From: a virus
Lineage: Duplodnaviria > Caudoviricetes
Virus record (IMG/VR): IMGVR_UViG_3300027801_000030
Span: 1-53,379 of that record
DNA: 53,379 nt
Reading direction: 5' to 3' (one strand)
The position numbers were made by a program, and so were the translations under genes. Within the stretch, counting starts at the first letter, position 1, and every line of letters starts with the position of its first letter. The notes under the pieces are model-generated. The model searched no databases. It was not told the origin of the DNA and saw nothing but the letters and a program-made list of their open reading frames with translations. Shown piece after piece: positions 30,203-38,464 of this stretch.

Positions 30203-33200
30203 TTAGTTCTCCTGTAATTCTTTATATTGACTGTATATCATTTCTTTTAATTTTTCTTGAGTTTTACCAGCCATCATATAAAAACTCTGAACATTGTCTG
30301 TATTTTTTTGCCCTGGGTACACTTGATCACTACCATACCATTGCTGTTGGTCTGCTAGTTGCATTTGTGATGTGTAATCGCTAAAGCCTGCTGTATATCC
30401 TATATAAGCAACTGCAATAGTTTGGTCACCATATTGTGCTCCATCTCCTGTGCCTTGTTGTACTGCTTGTAATTCTGTTGCTAAGTTTGCCGAAGCAACT
30501 ACTGAACCCATTCTGTCTGCTAAACTTTCTACTGCATCAGTTTGTTTTTGTTCTTGGAATGTCTGTTGTTGCACTTCAAACTGTGTAAATGTAGGTTGTT
30601 CTTGGCTTAAAAATTCAGTAAGACCTGTACCAGAAGCAATAGCATCAGTAAGGTTATCGCCAAAATCTTGTGCTGTTTGTGATAAACCTCCTGAAGATCC
30701 ATCATCAAAACTCTCTATAAACATTTGTGCTTCTTCTTGCTCTGTTTGAGTCTCAGCAAACTCTTCAGCAACATCAAAGGCGCTTAGACTAGGTCCTGCG
30801 TCTATATTTGATATATCTATCGAACTTTGTCCTAGTTGATCTTGAGCAAATAGTAATGAAGTATCGTCGCCTGTTGAACTGCTTTCAACTAACTGTCCAG
30901 TAGATGATGAACTAGATGATGAACTACCGTCATCATTTTGGAAACTACTGCTACCGTCTTGTGATACGCTTCCATCTTGTTGTGAGCTTCCATCCATAAC
31001 TTGCACACTTTCACCTGAACCATCTGCAAGAACTTCTTCCACAATATTTGCTGTTGCTGAATCTGAGAATTCTATTTTCATTTCTGAAACTGCCATGCTC
31101 ATTCCGCCACCCGAAGGTTCCCAACTATTATTACTGCTAAAACTACTGCTACTTCCGGAATCATTAACAACAGATGAACCACTGTTTGATGTAACTGGAC
31201 CTTTTTGTGATGATGCTATATTATTCACTGATTTTGACTGAGATTTTTCTCTTGTATCTTCTCTATCTTCTTCTCTATCTTCTTCTGTCTCAACACGACT
31301 CTCATCTCTTTCTTCATTAATATCAATATCATCTAATCTTTCGTCTGTCTCTGACATTATTAACTCTGCTAATTCTTCTTCGTTAATTAATTCTTCAAAT
31401 GCTTCGTCGTTTAAGAAATCTTCTAATATATCTTCTTCTGTAAATTCTTCTTCTGTGAATTCTTCTTCACGTGCATAGTCTTCATCATACAATTCTGTTT
31501 CGTCTGCATAAAATTCTACGTCCTCGTCATACAGCTCAAAAAAGGCTTCTTCGTCATCATGTTCACGGAAAAAATCTTCCATAGCACACGTTGGGCAATC
31601 CTCAGCACTACGTTCATCTCCTTCTTGAGCAATTAATCCTATAAGGTCGTCATGCTCTGCAAAGCCATCAGCAACTAAGTCATAAGCCATTTCTGCATCT
31701 ATTGAGTAATCATACTCTTCCCAAACTATTGTTCCTGTATCATCAAACGCCACATCTGTACCGTACCATTCGTCAACTTGCTCTTGACCAAATTCAGCAA
31801 CGTCTACTTCATACCAGTCTGCCATAGTCATTGTATCTTCCCAGTTTTCGCCGTATGTGCCTTCCATCTCTGATTGCCACTGTTGTTCTTCTAATGCCCA
31901 CTGAGGATCATTCTCCATAAGCCAATCTTCTTGTGTATCAAACACATCATTATGTACATTGTAGTCATAAGATTCACCTAACTGCTCATCAACTATATCA
32001 CCTGGGTCGTGTCCGTTGAATTGGATAGACGGATCTAAGCCTAATGCAAGTAAATCATCTTCGCCCATTGTTATGAGTACTGCATCTTGTAGACTAAGAC
32101 CTTGGTCAACTAACATTTGTTGTTCAGGGTTAAGATCATCATATTGGATATTCATATCTTCGCGTGGATCGTATCCACATGCGCCGCAATCTTCGTTCTC
32201 TGAGGCATAGGCATCACGACCATCGTCATATCCATTGTATCCAGCATCATCATACAATTCTGTCCCATCTTGTGAACCATCGTCGCCGAGTGAATTATCT
32301 TCATAACCGTATTGATCTTCATGTGCTGTATTTGAATAGCCACCATCATCCATGATATAGTTATCATAATATTCAGGGTCGTCTGTCATCATAGCCATTG
32401 CATCTTGTTGTAATTGTAATTCTTGTGCATAGTAAGGACAGTTAGCATCTGATAATTGATCTATATCGCATTGTTGTTCAAATTGGGTTTCTTCGTAGGC
32501 TTGGGCATACCCAGGACAATATTGCGAGTAATGAACATCATTTACACATTCTATACCAAATTGATAAGCAGAATAGCCTTCACAGTCTTGAGAGAAGCCA
32601 GGATTATTTACACATTCACTAGGCTGACCTTCACCATTTGGGTTATATTTAAGCACACCGCCGTCTTCTAGTGTTCCTTGATCCAGACTATCCCAATTAG
32701 AAGTAGAGTCATTAGTATAAAGTATAGCTTGAATATAATTAGAATCATCAAATTGAGCTCCTACTACAACATTATGATTCTCTATATCAAGTTCTCTGTA
32801 ACGAAACTCAAAAGTGTCTTCATCGCCTTCACAGCACCACGCAGGATCAGTCAACGCAAAATTAGAGCCGTTGTGATCGTTTAATATAACTTCAAAACTG
32901 TTACTTGATGGTCTGTTATATTCTTGCATAAAGTACCAACCAAAAACAACATAATCATCAAATGTTTGATACATCATTTTAGATGCAACAGAGCATTCTT
33001 GTCCTGAAGAATATGACGAGTTACCTGGAAACATCTGGGCACAGGCTCCTGTACCTGTTCCTCGAATAAGGTCTGTCCAGAAAGGATATAAAGTTTCGTC
33101 TTGATAAGGAAGTGCTTGTGGGGTATAATCAGAGCAACTAGAGCCGCCTGAGCTGGAGTCATCCCATCTCAGCAATTTTAGACAACCATTTGTTCCCATT

Positions 33201-33436
33201 ACAGTTCTTGTATATTTCTGGCCTTGCCAGTCAAAGTCAAATCCTATTGAAATAGGACCGCAACTACCATCATCAGCCGAAAAGCATTCTGTTCCTGTAT
33301 TGTAGATATCGTATAAGGTACTGCCATCGTGTCCAATAGTAACTGAACCGCCCATAGTGACATCCGCGTTACTGTTAGGTGATACTAACGCTATTAGTAG
33401 CAATACTGCAAGAGATGTTAGATGTTTGATTGCCAT
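30203..33436 (-). CDS. large secreted acidic protein with N-terminal NIDO-like domain and Cys repeats
   Basis: Signal peptide; IGFDF....Y.....TNG, YPFWTDL, NSFEVIL, FEFRY (NIDO-like); three C-x9-C-x-x-Y repeats; then long D/E- and S-rich regions. Confidence 0.75.
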   Translation of the reverse strand: MAIKHLTSLAVLLLIALVSPNSNADVTMGGSVTIGHDGSTLYDIYNTGTECFSADDGSCGPISIGFDFDWQGQKYTRTVMGTNGCLKLLRWDDSSSGGSSCSDYTPQALPYQDETLYPFWTDLIRGTGTGACAQMFPGNSSYSSGQECSVASKMMYQTFDDYVVFGWYFMQEYNRPSSNSFEVILNDHNGSNFALTDPAWCCEGDEDTFEFRYRELDIENHNVVVGAQFDDSNYIQAILYTNDSTSNWDSLDQGTLEDGGVLKYNPNGEGQPSECVNNPGFSQDCEGYSAYQFGIECVNDVHYSQYCPGYAQAYEETQFEQQCDIDQLSDANCPYYAQELQLQQDAMAMMTDDPEYYDNYIMDDGGYSNTAHEDQYGYEDNSLGDDGSQDGTELYDDAGYNGYDDGRDAYASENEDCGACGYDPREDMNIQYDDLNPEQQMLVDQGLSLQDAVLITMGEDDLLALGLDPSIQFNGHDPGDIVDEQLGESYDYNVHNDVFDTQEDWLMENDPQWALEEQQWQSEMEGTYGENWEDTMTMADWYEVDVAEFGQEQVDEWYGTDVAFDDTGTIVWEEYDYSIDAEMAYDLVADGFAEHDDLIGLIAQEGDERSAEDCPTCAMEDFFREHDDEEAFFELYDEDVEFYADETELYDEDYAREEEFTEEEFTEEDILEDFLNDEAFEELINEEELAELIMSETDERLDDIDINEERDESRVETEEDREEDREDTREKSQSKSVNNIASSQKGPVTSNSGSSVVNDSGSSSSFSSNNSWEPSGGGMSMAVSEMKIEFSDSATANIVEEVLADGSGESVQVMDGSSQQDGSVSQDGSSSFQNDDGSSSSSSSSTGQLVESSSTGDDTSLLFAQDQLGQSSIDISNIDAGPSLSAFDVAEEFAETQTEQEEAQMFIESFDDGSSGGLSQTAQDFGDNLTDAIASGTGLTEFLSQEQPTFTQFEVQQQTFQEQKQTDAVESLADRMGSVVASANLATELQAVQQGTGDGAQYGDQTIAVAYIGYTAGFSDYTSQMQLADQQQWYGSDQVYPGQKNTDNVQSFYMMAGKTQEKLKEMIYSQYKELQEN

Positions 33437-34974
33437 TTGTCCTCACAATAGCCTTTACTTTTTTTCGGTTTTTTCCCTGATTTCTTAGTGCATGTTCTCA
33501 TAAACTCATCAAAGTCTTTACCGCCGTTTAACTCTTTAGCATCTTCCGCCGGTCTTTTAGAAATCTTTTTTCTGCCAAACCAACCTGTTTTAGCGTCTGC
33601 CCTTTCATCGCTGTTATCAGCCCAGGCTACTGTAGCTTCAGCACCAATGGCACCCATGTAAGGACATGGTGTTCCAGCCATTTCCATTGCTTTAAATACA
33701 CGTTCGTCTTGACACATTAAACTAACTGCCGCTACTTTCATGCCCATATCGTATATAGTTTTAGAAAGTTTAATACGTTCACAGTTCATGTCTCTAACTG
33801 ACTTACCACCACTTAGTCCAAATACTTGTCCTTGAAAAGCACCTGATATACCAGTTGTACATAAGTCTTGAGAATAACTTGACCCAATGCTTGGTGCTAT
33901 AGCACTAGCCGGTGGAGCCTTTGTTGTTATCTCTTGCTTAATAGTTTGGTTAGTTTCATTTTTGTTAATGTTTTCGTTCTTGTTGTTATTGTTATTCGTG
34001 TTATTATTGGTATTGGTATTGTTTGTTTCTACTTTACTATCACTAGTACTGGTGCTAGTATTGGTGTTATTATTATCGTTTGTATTACTGTTGGTGTTGG
34101 TGTTGTTACTGGTCGAATCTGAAGTTGAATTGTTGGTGTTCGTATTATTATTCGTGTTGCTGTTCGTATTGGTATTATTGCTATTTACATTTTGGTCAAT
34201 GGTACTATTGTTTGTATTATTATTAGTATTGGTGTTATTTGCAGAACTATTGACTGTTGAATTGTTTGTGTTGGTGTTATTGTTGGTACTGGTTGAGGTA
34301 TTATTGTTCGTATTATTATTCGTGTTGCTGTTGGTGTTATTCGTTCCACCAGATGAAACATTATTGTTGGTATTGGTACTATTGTTTGTATTACTGTTGG
34401 TGTTGGTGTTATTATTGGTGTTCGTATTGGCGTTCGTATTATTATTCGTGTTGGTACTGGTTGAGGTATTATTGTTCGTGTTATTATTCGTGTTGGTGTT
34501 GGTGTTGGTGTTGGTGTTCGTATTGGCGTTCGTGTTATTGTTGGTACTGGTGTTCGTATTATTATTCGTGTTATTATTCGTATTATTATTCGTGTTATTA
34601 TTGGTATTGGTATTGGTGTTATTGTTGGTACTCGTGTTGGTGTTCGCGTTTGTATTATTATTGGTGCTAGTATTCGTGCTAGTGTTGGTGTTGGTGTTGT
34701 TATTGGTCGCCGTACTGGTATTGGTGTTCGTATTATTATTCGTGTTGGCGTTCGTATTGGTATTCGTATTGGTATTCGTATTATTATTCGTGTTGGTACT
34801 CGTGTTGGTACCAGTAGTATTCGTAGTCGTGGTATTCGTAGTAGTGGTATCACTTGTACTAGCTTCACAATATTCTGTTCCTGCTGTACATGTACCTGTT
34901 GCCTGACCTTCTGCTGTAATAGGTAAACCAAAAAAGACAATCATGCCCATGACTGATAAAAGTTTTTTCATCAT
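33418..34974 (-). CDS. secreted Asn/Thr-repeat protein with Cys-rich C-terminal domain
   Basis: Likely start MMKKLL (34974, SD GGAG); signal peptide; ~300 aa N/T/S low-complexity tract; C-terminal PPASAIAPS..DLC...NCERIKL...MCQD.RV..AM..AGTPCP. Confidence 0.8.
   Translation of the reverse strand: MMKKLLSVMGMIVFFGLPITAEGQATGTCTAGTEYCEASTSDTTTTNTTTTNTTGTNTSTNTNNNTNTNTNTNTNANTNNNTNTNTSTATNNNTNTNTSTNTSTNNNTNANTNTSTNNNTNTNTNNNTNNNTNNNTNNNTNTSTNNNTNANTNTNTNTNTNTNNNTNNNTSTSTNTNNNTNANTNTNNNTNTNSNTNNSTNTNNNVSSGGTNNTNSNTNNNTNNNTSTSTNNNTNTNNSTVNSSANNTNTNNNTNNSTIDQNVNSNNTNTNSNTNNNTNTNNSTSDSTSNNTNTNSNTNDNNNTNTSTSTSDSKVETNNTNTNNNTNNNNNKNENINKNETNQTIKQEITTKAPPASAIAPSIGSSYSQDLCTTGISGAFQGQVFGLSGGKSVRDMNCERIKLSKTIYDMGMKVAAVSLMCQDERVFKAMEMAGTPCPYMGAIGAEATVAWADNSDERADAKTGWFGRKKISKRPAEDAKELNGGKDFDEFMRTCTKKSGKKPKKSKGYCEDKWQSNI
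33960..34860. repeat. low-complexity AAY/ACN codon repeat tract with internal duplications
   Basis: Runs of gtgttg/ttattattcg; a 31-bp exact repeat at 34281-34311 and 34449-34479. Confidence 0.9.
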
Positions 34975-35050
34975 TTTCTCCGTGCAAGGGCAAGTGTTTT
35001 GTTTGGGTAGCTTGTGTAGTGCGTGTGTCGTCGTACCCTGTTTGTATATG

Positions 35051-35058
35051 TATTTATC
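35051..35058 (-). promoter_or_regulatory. T4-type late promoter for the Asn-rich/NIDO/coiled-coil operon
   Basis: GATAAATA just downstream of a terminator. Confidence 0.65.
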
Positions 35059-35088
35059 AAAAATGAGACCAGTCTCAGTTTTAACCAT

Positions 35089-35115
35089 AAAAAAAGGGCA
35101 GTTTACACTACCCTT
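35089..35115 (-). terminator. Rho-independent terminator
   Basis: AAGGGTAG-TGTAAA-CTGCCCTT-TTTTT. Confidence 0.75.
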
Positions 35116-35149
35116 AATTAGTTCATAATATTATCTTGAAAGAATATTA

Positions 35150-35272
35150 CTACGAGTCGCACTCTGCAGGATTGTCGTTACAGTATATCATGATACTTTT
35201 TACAAGTGCCTTGATATCCTGATCCGCCTGTTTCTCATCTGCCCTTTTCGAGAACAGGCGAGCTACTTTCCC
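35150..35272 (-). other. programmed -1 ribosomal frameshift site and 38-aa extension ORF
   Basis: In-frame slippery heptamer G GGA AAG (35272-35266) right before TAG, 5-nt spacer, then hairpin CGCCTGTTCTC...GAGAAACAGGCG. The -1 frame is open for 38 codons to TAG TAA. Confidence 0.7.
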
Positions 35273-35547
35273 GCTGAGTCGTCTTTATCTTTTTGAAGTT
35301 CGTCAGTTTGTTTATCAACTTGGTCTGCAACTGTGTCTATTGCGCCGGTTGTAATATCCGTTGCTACTGTTGCTATGTTAATAACGTCATCTGAAACTGC
35401 TGTTACCATTGTGGCGGCTCCGCCTACAATTGCATCAACTGTTCCTGTGACAATCTCTGTTCCTGCGTCCCAGGCCCCTCCAACTGAGGCGCATCCTACA
35501 ATACTTGAACAAAGTACTACTACGAAGAACGAAATCAAATTTTTCAT
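35263..35547 (-). CDS. lipoprotein (94 aa; 132 aa if frameshifted)
   Basis: Signal II with lipobox IVG-C, amphipathic Ala/Val/Thr repeats, SD AAGGAG, late promoter at 35600-35607. Confidence 0.8.
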   Translation of the reverse strand: MKNLISFFVVVLCSSIVGCASVGGAWDAGTEIVTGTVDAIVGGAATMVTAVSDDVINIATVATDITTGAIDTVADQVDKQTDELQKDKDDSAGK

Positions 35548-35632
35548 GATTAACTCTCCTTTTATAAAGTTATAAAGCCAACTGCTATTATAACATATAT
35601 ATTTATCAACTTGTTAGTACATACTAACCGGA

Positions 35633-35842
35633 TTATGACAAATAATCTGCATTATTATACTCTTTATTTGCGATATCATATAATTCATAGTGTGTTAAAA
35701 CTATAAACATTAGGAATATAAACAGTAAGATAGAACTCACAATTAGATAAATTATAAAAGGAAAGAAGAATGTAAATATTGATATGTGTGCAAACAATAT
35801 TGAGTAGACGTAAAATTTAAGGCTGTTACTGTATTTCTTCAC
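35633..35842 (-). CDS. small hydrophobic membrane protein
   Basis: 69 aa with two hydrophobic segments; GTG start overlapping the upstream ORF. AT-rich, so it could be spurious. Confidence 0.45.
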   Translation of the reverse strand: MKKYSNSLKFYVYSILFAHISIFTFFFPFIIYLIVSSILLFIFLMFIVLTHYELYDIANKEYNNADYLS

Positions 35843-35996
35843 TGGTTGATGTAAGGTTTTCTAAGAAATCAGCCCTATGCCAAGAGTAATCAACTAAAAT
35901 ATCAATCGTAAGGACTATTAAGACTAATGTCATGATTATTGATAGATATATGTTTATGGCCGCGGTTATCTTTAACCACTTGATCATATGTTTCAT
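35826..35996 (-). CDS. 56-aa single-TM protein (below ORF-track cutoff)
   Basis: MKHMIKWLKITAAINIYLSIIMTLVLIVLTIDILVDYSWHRADFLENLTSTSEEIQ*; ATG 7 nt after a consensus -10. Confidence 0.6.
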   Translation of the reverse strand: MKHMIKWLKITAAINIYLSIIMTLVLIVLTIDILVDYSWHRADFLENLTSTSEEIQ

Positions 35997-36003
35997 AAGT
36001 TAT

Positions 36004-36031
36004 ATTATACACGCTTTATAAAACGTGTCAA
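36004..36031 (-). promoter_or_regulatory. sigma70-type (early) promoter
   Basis: aaccggTTGACA-16nt-TATAAT, same flanking context as the 1490-1517 promoter. Confidence 0.8.
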
Positions 36032-36036
36032 CCGGT

Positions 36037-36960
36037 TTAGTCGCCTTGGGTTATACTAATCGAACAGCCGCCAACAGTTACACAGGATTGGGTAAGTGTA
36101 TAACTTTGATTTGTAGTGCCTTGCTGAAGTAAATCTAGTGTTGTAGGATTGGTTCCGTCTAGAGAAATTGTAGCAGAATGGGCGCCGGCGCTCTTTTGTT
36201 CGATGTCAACTATGTTGCTGTCATTGTTTATTGTTAGATTAAGTGTTTTGTTACCATTGGCCCATTGCTGAGCAAATACATCGTTGCTGTTACTATATAA
36301 GTTTACAGTCATACTATGATTAGTACTACTGCTATCCATTTTTTGAGAACCACTAAAATCATTGTTACTACCGTGAATGTCTAACCTGAGAAAGTTGCCG
36401 CCGGGTTCGTAGTTATCATAATCAAATGTTGTATCGTCGGTGCTGGATAGATAATATCCTTGCCCAAATAGAACATCGTTGTTATTGCCCGATATATGGA
36501 ATTGAGCATCGTTTGCGTTACATGTTGAAAAACTACATTTTTGTCTTATTTCTATATCGTTATTGTTGCCGTCTAAGTCTCCGCCCCAAGAATAGCCCGA
36601 CCCCCATGCATCTGTCCAGCCGATATCGTTATTCTTACCTTCTTGTTGTAGGTATATAGTATTATTGTTTCCGCCTACACTGAAGTAAACACTATTGTCA
36701 TTGCCTACCTGTACAACACTAAAAGTGTTGTAAGTATCGCTTGTTACTAATCCCAATTTAACGTCAACACTATTATCGTATCCGCCTTGGGCTATATCAA
36801 TAGCTACATTGTTGCCTGTTTGTGTTATCATAACATCGTTCTCATTGCCTGCTTGGGCACTAAGTGGTATTAATAAAAACATTCCCAATATTATATACCC
36901 TAATACTAATAACGGGGTGTCTTTAGGTTTCATATTATTAAGTTTATCGTCTATATTCAT
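36037..36960 (-). CDS. curlin-repeat protein (CsgA/CsgB-like)
   Basis: Signal peptide ending AQA; repeats N....I.Q.G..N (ITQTGNN, IAQGGYDN, VVQVGNDN, LQQEGKNN, LLQQGTTN). The start overlaps the upstream stop (TAATG). Confidence 0.8.
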   Translation of the reverse strand: MNIDDKLNNMKPKDTPLLVLGYIILGMFLLIPLSAQAGNENDVMITQTGNNVAIDIAQGGYDNSVDVKLGLVTSDTYNTFSVVQVGNDNSVYFSVGGNNNTIYLQQEGKNNDIGWTDAWGSGYSWGGDLDGNNNDIEIRQKCSFSTCNANDAQFHISGNNNDVLFGQGYYLSSTDDTTFDYDNYEPGGNFLRLDIHGSNNDFSGSQKMDSSSTNHSMTVNLYSNSNDVFAQQWANGNKTLNLTINNDSNIVDIEQKSAGAHSATISLDGTNPTTLDLLQQGTTNQSYTLTQSCVTVGGCSISITQGD

Positions 36961-38459
36961 TAGAATAAGTCTCTCCACGTAGATGTAGTTAGATCACCGG
37001 AGTGTTCTCTGCGAATTCTTTGTGCATTAGCCTCTATAATAGGTGCTATGCCATTCCTCCATTGGCGCCATTCGTCGTCTGTAAAACTATTTAGCCTTTT
37101 AAGTTCATTAATAACCATTTGCATACGCTTGTCATCGTCAGTTTCATTGTCATAACTTTCATCAATGTAGGGTTCAAACGTTTGCCAACCTATACCTTTT
37201 AAGTATTTTAATAAGCCAGGAACTGCAATAACCATGAATGCTTGCTTAAACCAGAAAGGTTTGTATGTTTTCTCTGTAAAAAATACTCCTCCCCGTAAGT
37301 AGTCGGACGTACTATCCCTAGGTTCCTCATTGTCACTTTGATATATTGTTTCTGTAACAATTGATAACTGTGTGTTCATATGTAATTGTGTATCATTGTT
37401 ATCTGGAAATGCTATATGTCTAAGTCGCTCAGCACCTTCGTTAATATATAACGGTAAATTATTCTTTAGCCAGTCAGTCGCAACAGGATGTGACTTGTCA
37501 AGTCCTAATTGATCTGAATGGCCTGGTTCGTTATGTCTTAAACTAACTAAACCATCTTTTAGTAAATCATTATGAACTAACTCTGTAACCAGTTTGGTTC
37601 TGTGCCATCTAGGAACATTGTTAAAGCATAAAAATGTTTTTGCTGGCATAAACTCTGGATCAAATGCTGGTACAGATACAATATCCTCAACTGGCATCCA
37701 AGATGTGTTCCACCATGTTTGATCATACCAATTTCCTGACATAATACTAATAGGATTATCTATTTGGTTCTCTTTACAGAAGTCTTTCCACGGTATTTGC
37801 ATGTTAGCCGCGGAAGTAACATATATAAAATCTGCAGGATTTATCTCTGGCATTGCAGTTGCTAGTAACTGTATGCGTAATAGACCGTCTGTTTGAATTG
37901 TTTCCATTAAGTTATAACAAAGAAACTTAGTAGTTCCGTGTTTTTTTAACACATTAACATATTCCACTAGCTCTGATACGCACATATGGGCAACTGAGAT
38001 ACCATGTTCCGGGCCTGCATACAATATTCCTGTCTTGTCGACAAAGTTTGAACGTATAAGGTCTGGCCAAACTCGGCTCATTTCTTTCCAACAGTCAACT
38101 AGATAGTTAAAACTCGGTAATCTTGAATGACTAACTTGTTTCCAGCCAAGATATGAATCATATCTTTCGTATGGAATATTTTCTAAGAGGTCATTTACTG
38201 TAAGTAAATTAAATGCAACAGATGAACTAACTTGTACTGTAGTACCAAAGAATATAACAGTATGTGCCCAAGCAAGAGGTTCTTTATACTCCATATTTAA
38301 ATGTAGTATAATGTTTTCTGTTTCTAAGTGCCTAACATCTAATCCTGCTGATGCTAAAGCGTTAGCTAAGTCAAGTTTGGGTTTTTCCGAGACAATTAAT
38401 ACTCGTGTGCCTAATTGCTTTGCTTTTTTAACATAAGCAATTATATAATCTGGATGCAT
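36960..38459 (-). CDS. putative glycosyltransferase-like protein
   Basis: FLCFN...R.HR, SIVTET, FFTEKTYKP, GWQTF..YIDESYD; the TEK motif recalls GT10/GT-B-type phage island enzymes. No signal peptide. Confidence 0.55.
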   Translation of the reverse strand: MHPDYIIAYVKKAKQLGTRVLIVSEKPKLDLANALASAGLDVRHLETENIILHLNMEYKEPLAWAHTVIFFGTTVQVSSSVAFNLLTVNDLLENIPYERYDSYLGWKQVSHSRLPSFNYLVDCWKEMSRVWPDLIRSNFVDKTGILYAGPEHGISVAHMCVSELVEYVNVLKKHGTTKFLCYNLMETIQTDGLLRIQLLATAMPEINPADFIYVTSAANMQIPWKDFCKENQIDNPISIMSGNWYDQTWWNTSWMPVEDIVSVPAFDPEFMPAKTFLCFNNVPRWHRTKLVTELVHNDLLKDGLVSLRHNEPGHSDQLGLDKSHPVATDWLKNNLPLYINEGAERLRHIAFPDNNDTQLHMNTQLSIVTETIYQSDNEEPRDSTSDYLRGGVFFTEKTYKPFWFKQAFMVIAVPGLLKYLKGIGWQTFEPYIDESYDNETDDDKRMQMVINELKRLNSFTDDEWRQWRNGIAPIIEANAQRIRREHSGDLTTSTWRDLF

Positions 38460-38464
38460 GTGTG

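Noticed and set aside
33960-34860. Possible CRISPR array or satellite
   Set aside because: No constant repeat with unique spacers; it is an in-frame coding low-complexity tract.
33887-34940. Long Val/Leu-rich, Cys/Tyr/Trp-rich and Ile/Pro/Arg/Thr-rich ORFs
   Set aside because: Alternative-frame and antisense artefacts of the AAY/ACN repeat tract, which lacks stops in several frames.
34975-35050. Riboswitch in the leader of the Asn-rich gene (GGGTA/TACCC stem), and hairpins at 42379-42474
   Set aside because: Short stems only; no aptamer consensus recognised by eye. An Rfam/Infernal scan would be needed.
35200-35265. TAG read-through or recoded genetic code at the lipoprotein stop
   Set aside because: The 0-frame continuation is only 20 codons and not protein-like, other genes end normally at TAG/TGA, and long genes have no internal stops. 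The -1 frame explains the region better.
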